A stretch of DNA of 64,000 nt from an uncultured Synergistota bacterium (GCA_964559865.1 CAZLJD010000025.1:771-64770); one strand, 5' to 3'. Counted from the stretch's first letter, positions 9,646 to 21,434 are shown. Program-made: numbers and translations. The notes: generated by a model from the letters alone, not told the origin.

Positions 9646-10674
9646 ATGGTGGAGGATACCAAGATTTCGGTGGTCGTTGATGCCACAGGTTGCACAGCTG
9701 AAGATGCGGTTAGAGCATTGACGGCTACAGACGGCGATGTTAATGCTGCTATAGACCTTGTGAATCGTGTGGCAAGAAATTTCATAGCTATAAAAGTTTG
9801 GGCACAAGGGAGGCGTTCTGTCAAGATCAATTTTCTTGTATTTGTTTTAGCTGATGGTATTACAGGTGAAGTTAGGAAAATAAATACATTTGCTACTTAT
9901 GATGCTGTTTCCAAGGAAACCGTTTCTGTCGATGCAGACTGGCAGTCCTTTTCCAAGACGATAGATTTCCTCCACGGTGAATTGATCCCGGAGTATGGAC
10001 TTGAAGGTAGGTTTAATAACTATTTGTGGAAGACGCTTTCTCCTTCCCTTGTTAATAGATTTTATAAGTGTGCGAAAGAAAGAGAGTGCACTTTTATAAA
10101 AGAGTTCTTTTCCGATAGTATAAGGAAGAGTACGGAAGAAGAAGTTGTTGTAGAACTTGGAGTCCAGCTTGTGAACTTAGATGAGATAAAGAAATCTACA
10201 GAGCAGCGTGTAGAGGAAAAAAAGAAAGAGGCTGAAAAAGAGTCAGGAAAGGGTGACACAGAGCTTTTCCTTTCTTGCATGCCTGTTATAGAACCGGTTG
10301 GAGGGATCTCTATCAATGATCTGCGTCCCGGAGAGAGGGTGTTTGTCAGGTTGGTGGATAGTACGCCGCTTGGCACAGTGATGAAACAATTTTTCCCCAA
10401 CAACCCTGTAGATGAAGACGGTAATCCGATTATTGTGGTGCCTGTGAGGAAAGTTATGATCACTCAGACGGGTAGAAGGGAAGTGTATGTGGAGATAGGT
10501 AAGGGTGTATTGGGAAGGTTTTTGATGGACGAAGCTTTAAAGATTCGTGTTTATAGGGAAGAGAATGTTAAAACTAAGTTCCCTAAGGATTACGGTTATC
10601 TTATAAATATTGCCATACTGGTGGTTTTGGTACTGATCGTTGTCGTGGTTTTATTTTATCTTTTTGAAAAATAG
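9646..10674 (+). CDS. Hypothetical protein with UBA/EF-Ts-like N-terminus and C-terminal TM anchor
   Basis: N-terminal VVDATGCTAEDAVRALTATDGDVNAAIDLV; hydrophobic C-terminus; 342 aa in operon. Confidence 0.7.
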   Translation: MVEDTKISVVVDATGCTAEDAVRALTATDGDVNAAIDLVNRVARNFIAIKVWAQGRRSVKINFLVFVLADGITGEVRKINTFATYDAVSKETVSVDADWQSFSKTIDFLHGELIPEYGLEGRFNNYLWKTLSPSLVNRFYKCAKERECTFIKEFFSDSIRKSTEEEVVVELGVQLVNLDEIKKSTEQRVEEKKKEAEKESGKGDTELFLSCMPVIEPVGGISINDLRPGERVFVRLVDSTPLGTVMKQFFPNNPVDEDGNPIIVVPVRKVMITQTGRREVYVEIGKGVLGRFLMDEALKIRVYREENVKTKFPKDYGYLINIAILVVLVLIVVVVLFYLFEK

Positions 10675-10695
10675 TATGGTAGGAGAAGATTTTTC

Positions 10696-11487
10696 ATGGA
10701 TGAACACGAGCTTTCTCTATGGAGAAGATATAAGGAGGATGAAGATAAGAAGGCAAGAGAAGAGATAATATTGAAGTATACCCCGTTGGTGAAGCAGGTG
10801 GCGGGTAAGGTTGGGAGCAGTATGCTTAAGAATATAGAGTTTGATGACCTGTTGAGCTACGGTATTATAGGACTGTTGGATGCGATTGAGAAGTTTAACC
10901 CTTACAGAGGTAATGAGTTTTCTGCTTATGCAAGAAGGCGGATATGGGGGGCAATAATAGATGGCTTGAGGAAAGATGACTGGGTCCCTCGAGCGGCTCG
11001 TGATAGGGTGAGGAGGGTAGCAGATGCTCTGATAAAGCTTGAGGATAAACTTGGAAGAGAACCAACTGACGAGGAATTAGCAGAGTATCTTGGGATTTCA
11101 GTAGAGGAGACCAAGAAGTGGTTGATGGACTCTCAGCGGGTTTCTCTGTTGTCGTTGGATGAGATGTTTGGCACTGATGAGCATGAGATGGAGGGCAAAG
11201 ACATTTTGCCAGATGAATCTGCTGTTTCTCCTTATGAGGCTGTGGAAAAGGAGGACATGAAGAGGCTATTGAAGGAGGAGATATTGAAGCTTTCAGAGAG
11301 AGAAAGGCAGGTAATTGCTTTGTACTACTATGAAGAACTGACGATGAAAGAAGTTGGAGAAGTATTGGGTGTCTCGGAGTCGAGGGCTTCTCAGTTATGT
11401 AGTAGGGCTATAATGAAATTGAAGGCAAGGTTTGCGCAGAGGTTGAGAGAGTCCTTTAAAGCAGAGGGTAAGGTTATCCGAAAGTGA
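10696..11487 (+). CDS. fliA: RNA polymerase sigma-28 factor FliA/WhiG
   Basis: DLLSYGIIGLLDAIEKF, RIWGAIIDGLRKDDWVPR, region-4 HTH LYYYEELTMKEVGEVLGVSESRASQ. Confidence 0.95.
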   Translation: MDEHELSLWRRYKEDEDKKAREEIILKYTPLVKQVAGKVGSSMLKNIEFDDLLSYGIIGLLDAIEKFNPYRGNEFSAYARRRIWGAIIDGLRKDDWVPRAARDRVRRVADALIKLEDKLGREPTDEELAEYLGISVEETKKWLMDSQRVSLLSLDEMFGTDEHEMEGKDILPDESAVSPYEAVEKEDMKRLLKEEILKLSERERQVIALYYYEELTMKEVGEVLGVSESRASQLCSRAIMKLKARFAQRLRESFKAEGKVIRK

Positions 11488-11502
11488 AATGGGGGTAGAT
11501 AA

Positions 11503-13092
11503 ATGGGTAGAATATTAGAGGTAGATGTAAGAGGTAATGGGGTGTATTTGACATTACACCCGGAAGCGAAGAGTTCTATAACCATAAAGGATCTATTCTA
11601 CATGCTGGAGGATATAGGTATTAAGGATTACGATCGTAATACACTTGTTGGTGCGCTGGCAAGGTGTGATGGTAAACCGTTGAAGATCTGTGAGTGGACG
11701 CCTGATTTGCAGAGAGACGGAAGTGTAGAAGTAGAGATATCTCCAGACAAGATGGAAGCGTTCGTGAGGCTTCTTCCTCCTATAGGTGGTAGGGATGTGA
11801 GTGTAGAGGATGTGAAAGCGGCACTTGAAAAGGCAGGTGTAAAGTTTGGGATAAACGAGGATGCCGTGAGGTCTGTGGTTGAGGAGAAGAGATACGGGGA
11901 AAATGTTTTAATTGCTAAGGGTATCCCACCTGAGAAAGGTGAGGATGGCTATATAGAGTACAAGTTTAACGCTTTTAAGAAACCAAAACCTATAGACCTT
12001 GAAGGTGGAAAAGTAGACCTAAGGACACTTAACATAGTGGATAATGTGACAAAGGGACAGCTGTTGGCGGTCAGGGTACCCTCTAAGATGGGTAAGGAGG
12101 GCAAGAATGTTTTGGGAGCGGTTATACCACCCCCTCCAGTTAAGGATGCAAGGATACTTGCGGGTAAAAATACCGAGTTTTCTGCTGATGGAAATGAGTT
12201 GTATGCGGGAACCGATGGACATGTTGAAGTGAGGGATGGCAAGATAAATGTTTCTCCCGTTTTTGTTGTGCGTGGAGATGTAGATTACTCGGTTGGAAAC
12301 ATAGATTTTGTAGGAGATGTTGTGATTAAAGGAAGAGTGTTACCGGGCTTTTATGTGAAAGCTGGCGGTAAGGTTGAGGTGGAGGGTTTCGTTGAAGGGG
12401 GTTTTGTTACTGCAGGAGAGGATATTGTTGTAAAGATGGGGATAAAGGGGCAGGGTAAAAGTGTGATTATTGCGAGTAAAGATGTGTTTGCCAAGTTTGT
12501 GGAAAATGCTACGATAGAAGCAGGTGGAAACGTTACCGTAGGTGATTCTATTATAAATAGCAGCGTCAAAGCGAATGCTATCTATGTAAGCGGTAAAAAT
12601 GGTTCTATAGTTGGTGGTGAATGCGTAGCTATTGAGAAGATAGTAGTGAAGTCTGCAGGTTCTAATCTCAGGGTAAAGACATTTCTCGAGGTGGGTGTAG
12701 ACCCAAGGATAAAGGCAGAACATGCTAAGATAGTTAAGGACTTAACGGCTTACGAGAAAAAGTTGTGGGAGATGGAGAAGGGTGTGAACCATATAAAGAA
12801 GCTGAGAGAGGTTCAGGAACAGCTCCCCCAGAAGACCGAGGAGCTCTATGCGAAGCTTACGAGAGCGAGGTTTCAGATGATGGCTACGGTTGATAGGATG
12901 AAGAAACGGAAAGAGGAACTGGAAGAGATGATAGATAGCTTTAAGAGGGAAGGAACAATAGTTGTTACTGGAGTTTGCTATCCTGGTGTTAGGGTTACTA
13001 TAAAGGGCGTATCCATGGTAGTCGATAGTGAGATAAAGGCAGTTAAGTTTTATTACAAAGATGGCAACATTAACATGAGCCCCGCAGATTAG
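11503..13092 (+). CDS. FapA (DUF342) family flagellar assembly protein
   Basis: GDVDYSVGNIDFVGDV beta-helix motif, coiled coil, position after fliA. Confidence 0.88.
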   Translation: MGRILEVDVRGNGVYLTLHPEAKSSITIKDLFYMLEDIGIKDYDRNTLVGALARCDGKPLKICEWTPDLQRDGSVEVEISPDKMEAFVRLLPPIGGRDVSVEDVKAALEKAGVKFGINEDAVRSVVEEKRYGENVLIAKGIPPEKGEDGYIEYKFNAFKKPKPIDLEGGKVDLRTLNIVDNVTKGQLLAVRVPSKMGKEGKNVLGAVIPPPPVKDARILAGKNTEFSADGNELYAGTDGHVEVRDGKINVSPVFVVRGDVDYSVGNIDFVGDVVIKGRVLPGFYVKAGGKVEVEGFVEGGFVTAGEDIVVKMGIKGQGKSVIIASKDVFAKFVENATIEAGGNVTVGDSIINSSVKANAIYVSGKNGSIVGGECVAIEKIVVKSAGSNLRVKTFLEVGVDPRIKAEHAKIVKDLTAYEKKLWEMEKGVNHIKKLREVQEQLPQKTEELYAKLTRARFQMMATVDRMKKRKEELEEMIDSFKREGTIVVTGVCYPGVRVTIKGVSMVVDSEIKAVKFYYKDGNINMSPAD

Positions 13093-13107
13093 TGAGGTGA
13101 ATTAGCG

Positions 13108-13428
13108 GTGTCGATAAGACCGATGGACCTGCAAGTCTTGTTTGGTAAGATGCAGGAGGTAGCTAAGAACCAGCAAAATCAAGAGCACTTACCAAATGTG
13201 AATCAACAAGTTGCAGCTTCTGAATCTCTGAGAGAGGCTGAAAGGCAGACTACGCAGGTTCAACAGACACCTCGTGCAGAGGGTGGAAGAGTTGAGAATA
13301 ACAGAGAGAGTCGTTCGAATCAACAGTATGCTGGTTCGAAGGAACAGAAGAGAGAGAGGCAGGAGTCAAAAGATGAAAAGGCATCTTTTGACCCTATGAG
13401 GGGGAAATTTATTGACATCAAACTATAA
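13108..13428 (+). CDS. Conserved hypothetical protein (flagellar operon tail)
   Basis: IRPMDLQV N-terminus and GKFIDIKL C-terminus; good RBS. Confidence 0.7.
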   Translation: MSIRPMDLQVLFGKMQEVAKNQQNQEHLPNVNQQVAASESLREAERQTTQVQQTPRAEGGRVENNRESRSNQQYAGSKEQKRERQESKDEKASFDPMRGKFIDIKL

Positions 13429-13960
13429 GGCTGTGAAAGTTGGATATCTTCAAGTGAGGGTTGAAGCGGGTAGTTTTATTGGTGGGGTTTTAGTAGTGGA
13501 TGAGAAGGGCATTCCTGTAGACTTCTTTTATACTGATCCTATTAAACCTGATAAGCTGCAATTCATCATATATGGTGACTCTTTGGCAAATTATCTTAAA
13601 GTGGATGTAATGTCTCGGAAACTTGTGGGTATGCCCAAGGAAAAGCCTGCTGTTTGGTTTACAGATGATGATGAGATATTGCAGGGTACGGATAAGCTTG
13701 GTGTTGGTATAGCATTGATAAGAAGTACAAACTTACCTACCCTTGAAAGTGTTGGTAGTGTAAAGCAGGATAAAGAGGATGAACTCCTTGTTCAGGCAGT
13801 GGAACTGCTGCCACCATTGGATATTAGGTTCAAAGGTATATCTGCAGAGGAGATTGCATCTTTGATCGTGGGTTTGTCTAAAACTATGGATATACTTGAA
13901 CCATTCTCAAGGCTGAAAGAGGCACTGCTGTGGATATACAAAAATCACATGAACTCTTGA
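13412..13960 (+). CDS. Hypothetical protein
   Basis: 182-aa coupled ORF with GGVLVVDEKGIPVDFFYTDP motif. Confidence 0.65.
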   Translation: MTSNYKAVKVGYLQVRVEAGSFIGGVLVVDEKGIPVDFFYTDPIKPDKLQFIIYGDSLANYLKVDVMSRKLVGMPKEKPAVWFTDDDEILQGTDKLGVGIALIRSTNLPTLESVGSVKQDKEDELLVQAVELLPPLDIRFKGISAEEIASLIVGLSKTMDILEPFSRLKEALLWIYKNHMNS

Positions 13961-14562
13961 GCAAGCTACTCAGTTGGTGGATAAGGAGACACCTGTTTGT
14001 TCACCATCTTTGTGGGATGAAAATCTGTGTGAGAGAGTCTTTTTCTCCTATCAATTGTGATGATATAAATATCTTTGAAGGATCTTACAGCGTAAGCGGC
14101 TTAGGTGTCTTCTCGGAGAGTTTGAGTGTGAGTAGTGTTGTTATCTCTGAAGTTACTCCAGATTTTCCTTCCGTTGGGGTTTTCCATCTCTTTCTGGATG
14201 TAGAAAAGCCCGTTAGCGTTAACCGGGTGGATACTAAGGTGAGTTCCAGTGTTTATGAGGGAATAGAGTTTATGAGCAGATTACCGATGAGGAGACGTAA
14301 TGTTGTTAGTAGATTGGGTAGCAGAGAACAAGTCGTGTTAAGATGGAGGATTGCTAACTTACTCAGAGTTTCTGCTGAAGATGTTGAGGTATTGGCTGTC
14401 TTCCATAGCATACCCATTGGGTGGCTTAAGAGTGTTATCTGGGATAGTGCCAGCGATGTGCTGTGGATTAGGCTGTTTCCTGAAAGGAAGAGGCAAGAGT
14501 TGTGTGCTACATTGGTATTCTATGAGCTTAACGGTAAGAGAGGGAGGTTGTTTCTTAAGTAA
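13930..14562 (+). CDS. Hypothetical protein (start uncertain)
   Basis: Fills the gap between operon genes; stop overlaps the next ATG. Confidence 0.5.
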   Translation: MDIQKSHELLSKLLSWWIRRHLFVHHLCGMKICVRESFSPINCDDINIFEGSYSVSGLGVFSESLSVSSVVISEVTPDFPSVGVFHLFLDVEKPVSVNRVDTKVSSSVYEGIEFMSRLPMRRRNVVSRLGSREQVVLRWRIANLLRVSAEDVEVLAVFHSIPIGWLKSVIWDSASDVLWIRLFPERKRQELCATLVFYELNGKRGRLFLK

Positions 14563-14957
14563 TGATGGAACTTATCTTGGGAATAGGTATAGGACTTTCT
14601 ATAGCTGGGATATATGCAGTAGTTCAAAGGAATAGACTGATAAAAGATGGGCTGTTCTTTTACTTTAAAAATAAGAATCTCTTTGAGCTGTGTGAAGACT
14701 TAAAAGAGGAGCTCCAGCACTTTAAAGAGGATGTGTATATGAGGTTAGGCTGGATTGAGGATAGATTGGAGGAGTTACAGCAAGGTGGTATGCAAGCTAC
14801 TTCTTCAGGTTGTGGAATGATGTATAGCAAGACGGACGAGATTAAAAGACTTGTTCGTAAAGGTTTGTCGGATAGTGAGATCGTGAAAATAACAGGTTGT
14901 AGTTATAGAGAGCTTGAACTTGTAAGAGAGATATTTAGAGAAAAAGGGAGTGGATAG
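14562..14957 (+). CDS. DUF2802/DUF6115-like protein (N-terminal TM, coiled coil, C-terminal HTH-like)
   Basis: TM helix followed by EIKRLVRKGLSDSEIVKITGCSYRELELV. Confidence 0.65.
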   Translation: MMELILGIGIGLSIAGIYAVVQRNRLIKDGLFFYFKNKNLFELCEDLKEELQHFKEDVYMRLGWIEDRLEELQQGGMQATSSGCGMMYSKTDEIKRLVRKGLSDSEIVKITGCSYRELELVREIFREKGSG

Positions 14958-15300
14958 CGTGGAAAGGGACTCAAGGCCGTGGGGAAGTTATGAAGTTTTA
15001 ACTGAAGGAGAAGGATATAAGGTAAAGAGAATAGTAGTAAATCCTCACAAGAGACTGAGCCTACAGTATCATAACCGTAGAGAAGAGAACTGGGTTATTG
15101 TGAGGGGAGAGGGGTTTATAACACTTGGAGATAAGACTATGCCGTGCAAAAGGGGAGAGAAATTTTTTATCCCTGTTGGGATGCCCCATCGCATTGAGAA
15201 CAAGGGCGATGTCCCACTTGAGTTTATAGAGGTCCAGATAGGAGACTACCTTGGAGAAGATGATATAGTTAGATTGCAAGACGACTATGGTAGGGTGTAG
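14950..15300 (+). CDS. Cupin, mannose-6-phosphate isomerase type II C-terminal-like
   Basis: RPWGSY, LSLQYHNRREENW, HRIEN, EVQIGDYLGEDDIVR. Confidence 0.92.
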   Translation: MDSVERDSRPWGSYEVLTEGEGYKVKRIVVNPHKRLSLQYHNRREENWVIVRGEGFITLGDKTMPCKRGEKFFIPVGMPHRIENKGDVPLEFIEVQIGDYLGEDDIVRLQDDYGRV

Positions 15301-17261
15301 AGTCCGTCACCTGCGTAGTAGATGTTTCTATACTGAATGGTTGCTTTTATCCAGTGAAGCCTTTTCTTTATGGGGGAAGCATAAGACTTATAGTAAAGTG
15401 TGTAGCTTTTTTGGTGATTTATAATGGTGGATTGTAGCAGAGTTGAATTTCTAATAAAACTTGGAGGAAGAAATTCTCCACCAGTAAGTAAAGATATGTG
15501 GGATATTGTGCTGGAGTAAGGATCGGTTTTTATGCCAACTGTGTAGATTGGCAGATTTTCCAATCGGCAGAACAGGACTATCTCACCGAGTGTACGTGTT
15601 TCTGCCCGTGGGAGGTTTCCACCGATGTAAATTATCACACTATCCATGGTTTTCTGAGGTACGAATAAGTCGAGTGCATGTTTAAAGCTTTTCCACGGAT
15701 TTGGCTTCTTTTTTCCTGTGTCTATCCATGCATCCTTTATTAAATATCTTTTGTAGTTTACTGTTAATGCCTTTACAATTTGTTTTTTTAACGATGTAAC
15801 GGCTCTTTTGTATCTCTTGTCCATTATTATGAGTGCGTGGGTGACACGGGGTAGCTTATTGTTTCTCCTTATGCCCCATATGTCTGTGAGTTGTTGGTCT
15901 TCCATTATTACGGTGTTGCCTGCGTACAGAGGAGGGTAGTATGGCACCCACCCTATACTGAATGTTAGTTCTATCTTTACTTTGGGTAACTTTGAGCGGA
16001 TCTTCCTTATGTTGATAAATGCAGGAAGGTTCAGATAAACGGGATATTTGGGTGTGAATCTATATATGTGTGGTGTTGTAAAGCTGGATATGATAATATC
16101 CCGATTTGGCATTATGGTGAACGCTGTAGGAGTATTAATTTGTGAAGGGAGTGTGAATATGTTTATATTTTTAAAGTGGTTGTTTAGCACATATATTACA
16201 TCTGATATTTCGTCCAATATGTATATGTTACCTGCCTTATCTATCCTTATACATCGGGACCTGACATTTGGTAGTAACTCCTTTATGTACTTTCCTTTTA
16301 TATTAAATAACTTTATGGAATGGTGTCCATAATCAGATACAATGATGAATCCCCGTTTGTTTACCACAATGTCAGTTGGTTGGAACAGGACTTTTTCACC
16401 GAAACTTGACACTAATTTCCCCGTTGATATATCGATTTGCTTGATTTTGTTGTCTGCCCAATCAGATACCCATACACTATTTCTACCTTCATCTATGAAG
16501 ATGTTTTGAGGGTACAACAGCACTTTCTTGCCTAATTCTCTTAATTTTAGTAGCTGTTTACTGTACTGAAGTACTCTCCCTTTACCTGATTCTACAACGA
16601 ATATGTCCCCGTTATTTGAAGTCTCTGCATCAGTTGGGTAATACAGGTCCTTTATTATGTGTCTTAGGTACATGTTTGGACTGAAGATGAAGAGTTTTTT
16701 CCCAGTGAGGTCTGTGACAAGCAAATTGTCACCAGCGTGCGATATGTATGCTATGTTGATCGGTTTCTCGAAGAGCTTATACTTTAGCTTTTGGAAGCTT
16801 CCACCTATAATTACGCTGTCTGGGTTGGACAGATCGTAGCTCTTTGCGTATTTATAGTCAGGTACATCCGGGAGAGCGTCCCATGAAGTTTTTAGGTAGT
16901 AGAATACCTGTTTTAAGTCAAATTGTGCCCTTTTGTCATTTGGGTTTACCTGAAGGTAATATCTCCACATTATGGACGCTTGGTCTATCTTCCCAAGCCT
17001 GAAGAGGGCCCATCCCTTGAGATAGTAAGGTTCCAAGAGGAATGGGTTTAACTTCATTGCCTTGTTAAATGTACTAACGGCTCTCAAGTAGTATTTGTTG
17101 AGTAGGTATTTGGTTCCGTCTTTCAAAAGTTTTTGTGCTATTTCTTTCTGCATTGGTGTAACCTTTGGAGGAGAGATGGGGACCTTATACTTGTAGGCAA
17201 AAGCAGGGTTGCATAAACTAATTACTGCTATGAGGAAGATACTACTTACCAACAAACGCAT
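15285..17261 (-). CDS. Exported TPR + NHL-repeat (beta-propeller) protein
   Basis: Signal peptide, TPR helices, repeated YPTDAET/YPQNIF/QPTDIVV/TPTAFTI NHL-like blades. Confidence 0.8.
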   Translation of the reverse strand: MRLLVSSIFLIAVISLCNPAFAYKYKVPISPPKVTPMQKEIAQKLLKDGTKYLLNKYYLRAVSTFNKAMKLNPFLLEPYYLKGWALFRLGKIDQASIMWRYYLQVNPNDKRAQFDLKQVFYYLKTSWDALPDVPDYKYAKSYDLSNPDSVIIGGSFQKLKYKLFEKPINIAYISHAGDNLLVTDLTGKKLFIFSPNMYLRHIIKDLYYPTDAETSNNGDIFVVESGKGRVLQYSKQLLKLRELGKKVLLYPQNIFIDEGRNSVWVSDWADNKIKQIDISTGKLVSSFGEKVLFQPTDIVVNKRGFIIVSDYGHHSIKLFNIKGKYIKELLPNVRSRCIRIDKAGNIYILDEISDVIYVLNNHFKNINIFTLPSQINTPTAFTIMPNRDIIISSFTTPHIYRFTPKYPVYLNLPAFINIRKIRSKLPKVKIELTFSIGWVPYYPPLYAGNTVIMEDQQLTDIWGIRRNNKLPRVTHALIIMDKRYKRAVTSLKKQIVKALTVNYKRYLIKDAWIDTGKKKPNPWKSFKHALDLFVPQKTMDSVIIYIGGNLPRAETRTLGEIVLFCRLENLPIYTVGIKTDPYSSTISHISLLTGGEFLPPSFIRNSTLLQSTIINHQKSYTLYYKSYASPIKKRLHWIKATIQYRNIYYAGDGLYTLP

Positions 17262-17445
17262 GGTATCCTGTGTATATCACTGCTGCAAGGACGAACCCGA
17301 GCAGTACCCTGAGATAGATTATCATAGCTTGTACGCCTTTGTGGTTTACATTGTTTATGCGCTTTATTATTTGGGGTATTCCAAACAGGGGTATCAGGAG
17401 CATCAAGAATACGAGTGCCTGTTGGTTAGCTTCTGGTAATTGCAT
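17242..17445 (-). CDS. Small two-TM hypothetical protein
   Basis: 67 aa with two hydrophobic segments; overlaps the downstream gene start. Confidence 0.55.
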   Translation of the reverse strand: MQLPEANQQALVFLMLLIPLFGIPQIIKRINNVNHKGVQAMIIYLRVLLGFVLAAVIYTGYHAFVGK

Positions 17446-17449
17446 TCTC

Positions 17450-17626
17450 TCACCGATTTTCGTGTTTTTCGTAGATCAGCTTTGTCAACGCATTGTTGAA
17501 GTATATCTTGTTTGGTTTGTAGTTGTACTTCAGATACAAGAATAGATAGAACATGCCTATAAACATGCCGGAGAGCACTAAGAATAGTACGATGATGTTC
17601 TTGAGAGATACTTTCTTCTGGGTCAT
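17450..17626 (-). CDS. Small single-TM protein, 58 aa (not in ORF track)
   Basis: MTQKKVSLKNIIVLFLVLSGMFIGMFYLFLYLKYNYKPNKIYFNNALTKLIYEKHENR*. Its ATG overlaps the upstream TGA (ATGA coupling). Confidence 0.6.
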   Translation of the reverse strand: MTQKKVSLKNIIVLFLVLSGMFIGMFYLFLYLKYNYKPNKIYFNNALTKLIYEKHENR

Positions 17627-18609
17627 GTGATGTTTCCCTCTATTTCTTTTAAGATGTTTAGTGCTACTTCAAGTGCTTTTTTGCCGTTTTCTATTGTGAC
17701 AAGTGGTTCTTTTCCGTCTTTAACGCATTTTATAAAGTGGTTGAGTTCAAGTTTTAAAGGTTCCTCTTTCTTTATAGACGGTCTTTCTATTATTGTAACC
17801 ATCCCACTTGTGCTCTCCTTTAGAAGTGGAAGATGTTGAGAGTCCATTTGTTTATAGATGTTTATACTCTGTTGCCCGTAGTCGAGATAGATGTAAGCTC
17901 CTTTCTGGATTACTTGCAGTTTTCTGACTTTTGCTTCTGTTACTCTGCTGACGAGTATATGAGCTATACACCCGTTTTCGAAGTATATCTGTGTTGAGGC
18001 TATATCTTCTGTTGTAGAAACCACTTTTTGTCCAAAGCTTTTAATCTCTCTGATGGGTGATTTTACGAGGCTTAGTATGACATCGATGTCATGTATCATT
18101 AGGTCCAGCACTACGCCGACATCGTTTATCCTGTGGTTGTATGGTCCCATTCTCTGGGACTGTATGAATATAGGGTCTTTTATAATATTCTTTACCGTTT
18201 GGACTGCAGCGTTGAATCTCTCTATGTGGCCTACTTGGAGTATAAGATTTTTCTTCTTTGCCATTTTCAAGAGTTCCGCAGCTTCTTCGACGGTTCTTGT
18301 TACCGGCTTCTCTACGAGTATGTGAATGTCTCTTTGAAGAAAGTCTCGTGCAACTTCAAAGTGGCTTGTTGTTGGTACGACAATACTTACTGCATCAGGA
18401 GACTCTTTTTCTATAAATGTATGGTGGTCAAAATATGGGGTGGTTTGGTATATCCTTGCGATCTCTTCTGCTCGTTTGTGGTTTATATCGACTACGCCCA
18501 CGAGTTCAACATTGGGCATCTCCGAATATATCCTGGCGTGATGCTTTCCCAGATACCCTACACCTACAACGCCTACTCTGATTCTTTTGTCTGTCACTAT
18601 TAGAGCCAA
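17623..18609 (-). CDS. Gfo/Idh/MocA family NAD-dependent oxidoreductase (GnnA/WlbA-like)
   Basis: GVGYLGKHHARIY, LVEKP, GHIERFN, DLMIHD. Confidence 0.9.
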   Translation of the reverse strand: MALIVTDKRIRVGVVGVGYLGKHHARIYSEMPNVELVGVVDINHKRAEEIARIYQTTPYFDHHTFIEKESPDAVSIVVPTTSHFEVARDFLQRDIHILVEKPVTRTVEEAAELLKMAKKKNLILQVGHIERFNAAVQTVKNIIKDPIFIQSQRMGPYNHRINDVGVVLDLMIHDIDVILSLVKSPIREIKSFGQKVVSTTEDIASTQIYFENGCIAHILVSRVTEAKVRKLQVIQKGAYIYLDYGQQSINIYKQMDSQHLPLLKESTSGMVTIIERPSIKKEEPLKLELNHFIKCVKDGKEPLVTIENGKKALEVALNILKEIEGNIT

Positions 18610-18691
18610 GCCCCCTTTTCTTTCCTGTCTATTATATTATCACAGATTGGGGTAAATTTGAAACCTTGTTTTTGAAAAAATTGTGTTATAA

Positions 18692-20672
<1,981 letters not shown>

Positions 20673-20776
20673 GTTTTATGTATCCCCTCTGCTTTATGTT
20701 GTAGCTTTTGTGAGGTAGATAAGGGGTTGGATACTTGATGTGGGTGGTATAATTTGTTTAGGAGTTGACAACTTCA

Positions 20777-20876
20777 TATGTGCGGGGAGTCCCTTCTTAG
20801 GGGCTGAGAGGATAGGTGTCTAACCTGTCGACCCGTTGAACCTGCTCTGGGTAATGCCAGCGGAGGGAAGCGGTTA
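20777..20876 (+). ncRNA. TPP (thiamine pyrophosphate) riboswitch
   Basis: GGGG...GCTGAGA...ACCCGTTGAACCTG..CTGGGTAATGCCAGCGGAGGGAAG consensus, upstream of thiamine genes. Confidence 0.95.
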
Positions 20877-20885
20877 GGTGTGCGT

Positions 20886-20920
20886 TTGAGCCCCCTGGAT
20901 TCCCAGGGGGCTCAATTTTT
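20886..20920 (+). terminator. Riboswitch-linked intrinsic terminator
   Basis: TTGAGCCCCCTGG-ATTC-CCAGGGGGCTCAA followed by TTTTT. Confidence 0.9.
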
Positions 20921-20933
20921 AGGGGGTGAGAGT

Positions 20934-21434
20934 ATGTCTAGGAGTAAGGATATAGCAGAAATGGGGTTGGTTGCTGGTATTGCATTCGGTCTTTCTTTTG
21001 TAAAGCTTTATCACATGCCGCAGGGTGGTTCTATAACACTCGAAGACATACCTGTGCTCATTTATGCTGTTTTGCGAGGGTGGCGAAGAGGTATGATATC
21101 TGGTGGGATTTTGGGTGTGTTAATAATGATGTCAGACCCTTACTTCGTACATCCTTTGCAGGTGATTCTTGATTATCCTTTACCGTTTGCTCTTCTTGGT
21201 GTGTGTGGATTGTTCTCTAATGTTTACATTGGGATAATATTCTCTATCACTGCTAAATTTTTCTCTCATTGGCTTTCCGGTGTGGTTTTTTTTGCATCTT
21301 ACGCCCCTAAGGGGATGAATCCTATGATTTATTCTGCCATATATAATGGCACTACTGCGTTGCCCAATCTTGTTATAGCACTTGTGCTTGTACCTATTAT
21401 TCTAAGGAGGCTGAAAGGTAGGTGGCATGTTTGA
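20934..21434 (+). CDS. thiT: ECF S-component thiamine transporter ThiT
   Basis: PQGGSIT, HPLQVILDYPL, HWLSGVVFF, YSAIYN. Start moved to the ATG after the terminator. Confidence 0.9.
   Translation: MSRSKDIAEMGLVAGIAFGLSFVKLYHMPQGGSITLEDIPVLIYAVLRGWRRGMISGGILGVLIMMSDPYFVHPLQVILDYPLPFALLGVCGLFSNVYIGIIFSITAKFFSHWLSGVVFFASYAPKGMNPMIYSAIYNGTTALPNLVIALVLVPIILRRLKGRWHV

Noticed and set aside
17242-17626. The two small minus-strand ORFs as one frameshifted pseudogene
   Set aside because: Each has its own start and stop with normal operon spacing (4 nt), and I recognise no family spanning both. It is not excluded without homologues.
20880-20933. Longer N-terminus of thiT given in the ORF track
   Set aside because: It runs through the riboswitch terminator hairpin; the RBS precedes the ATG at 20934.
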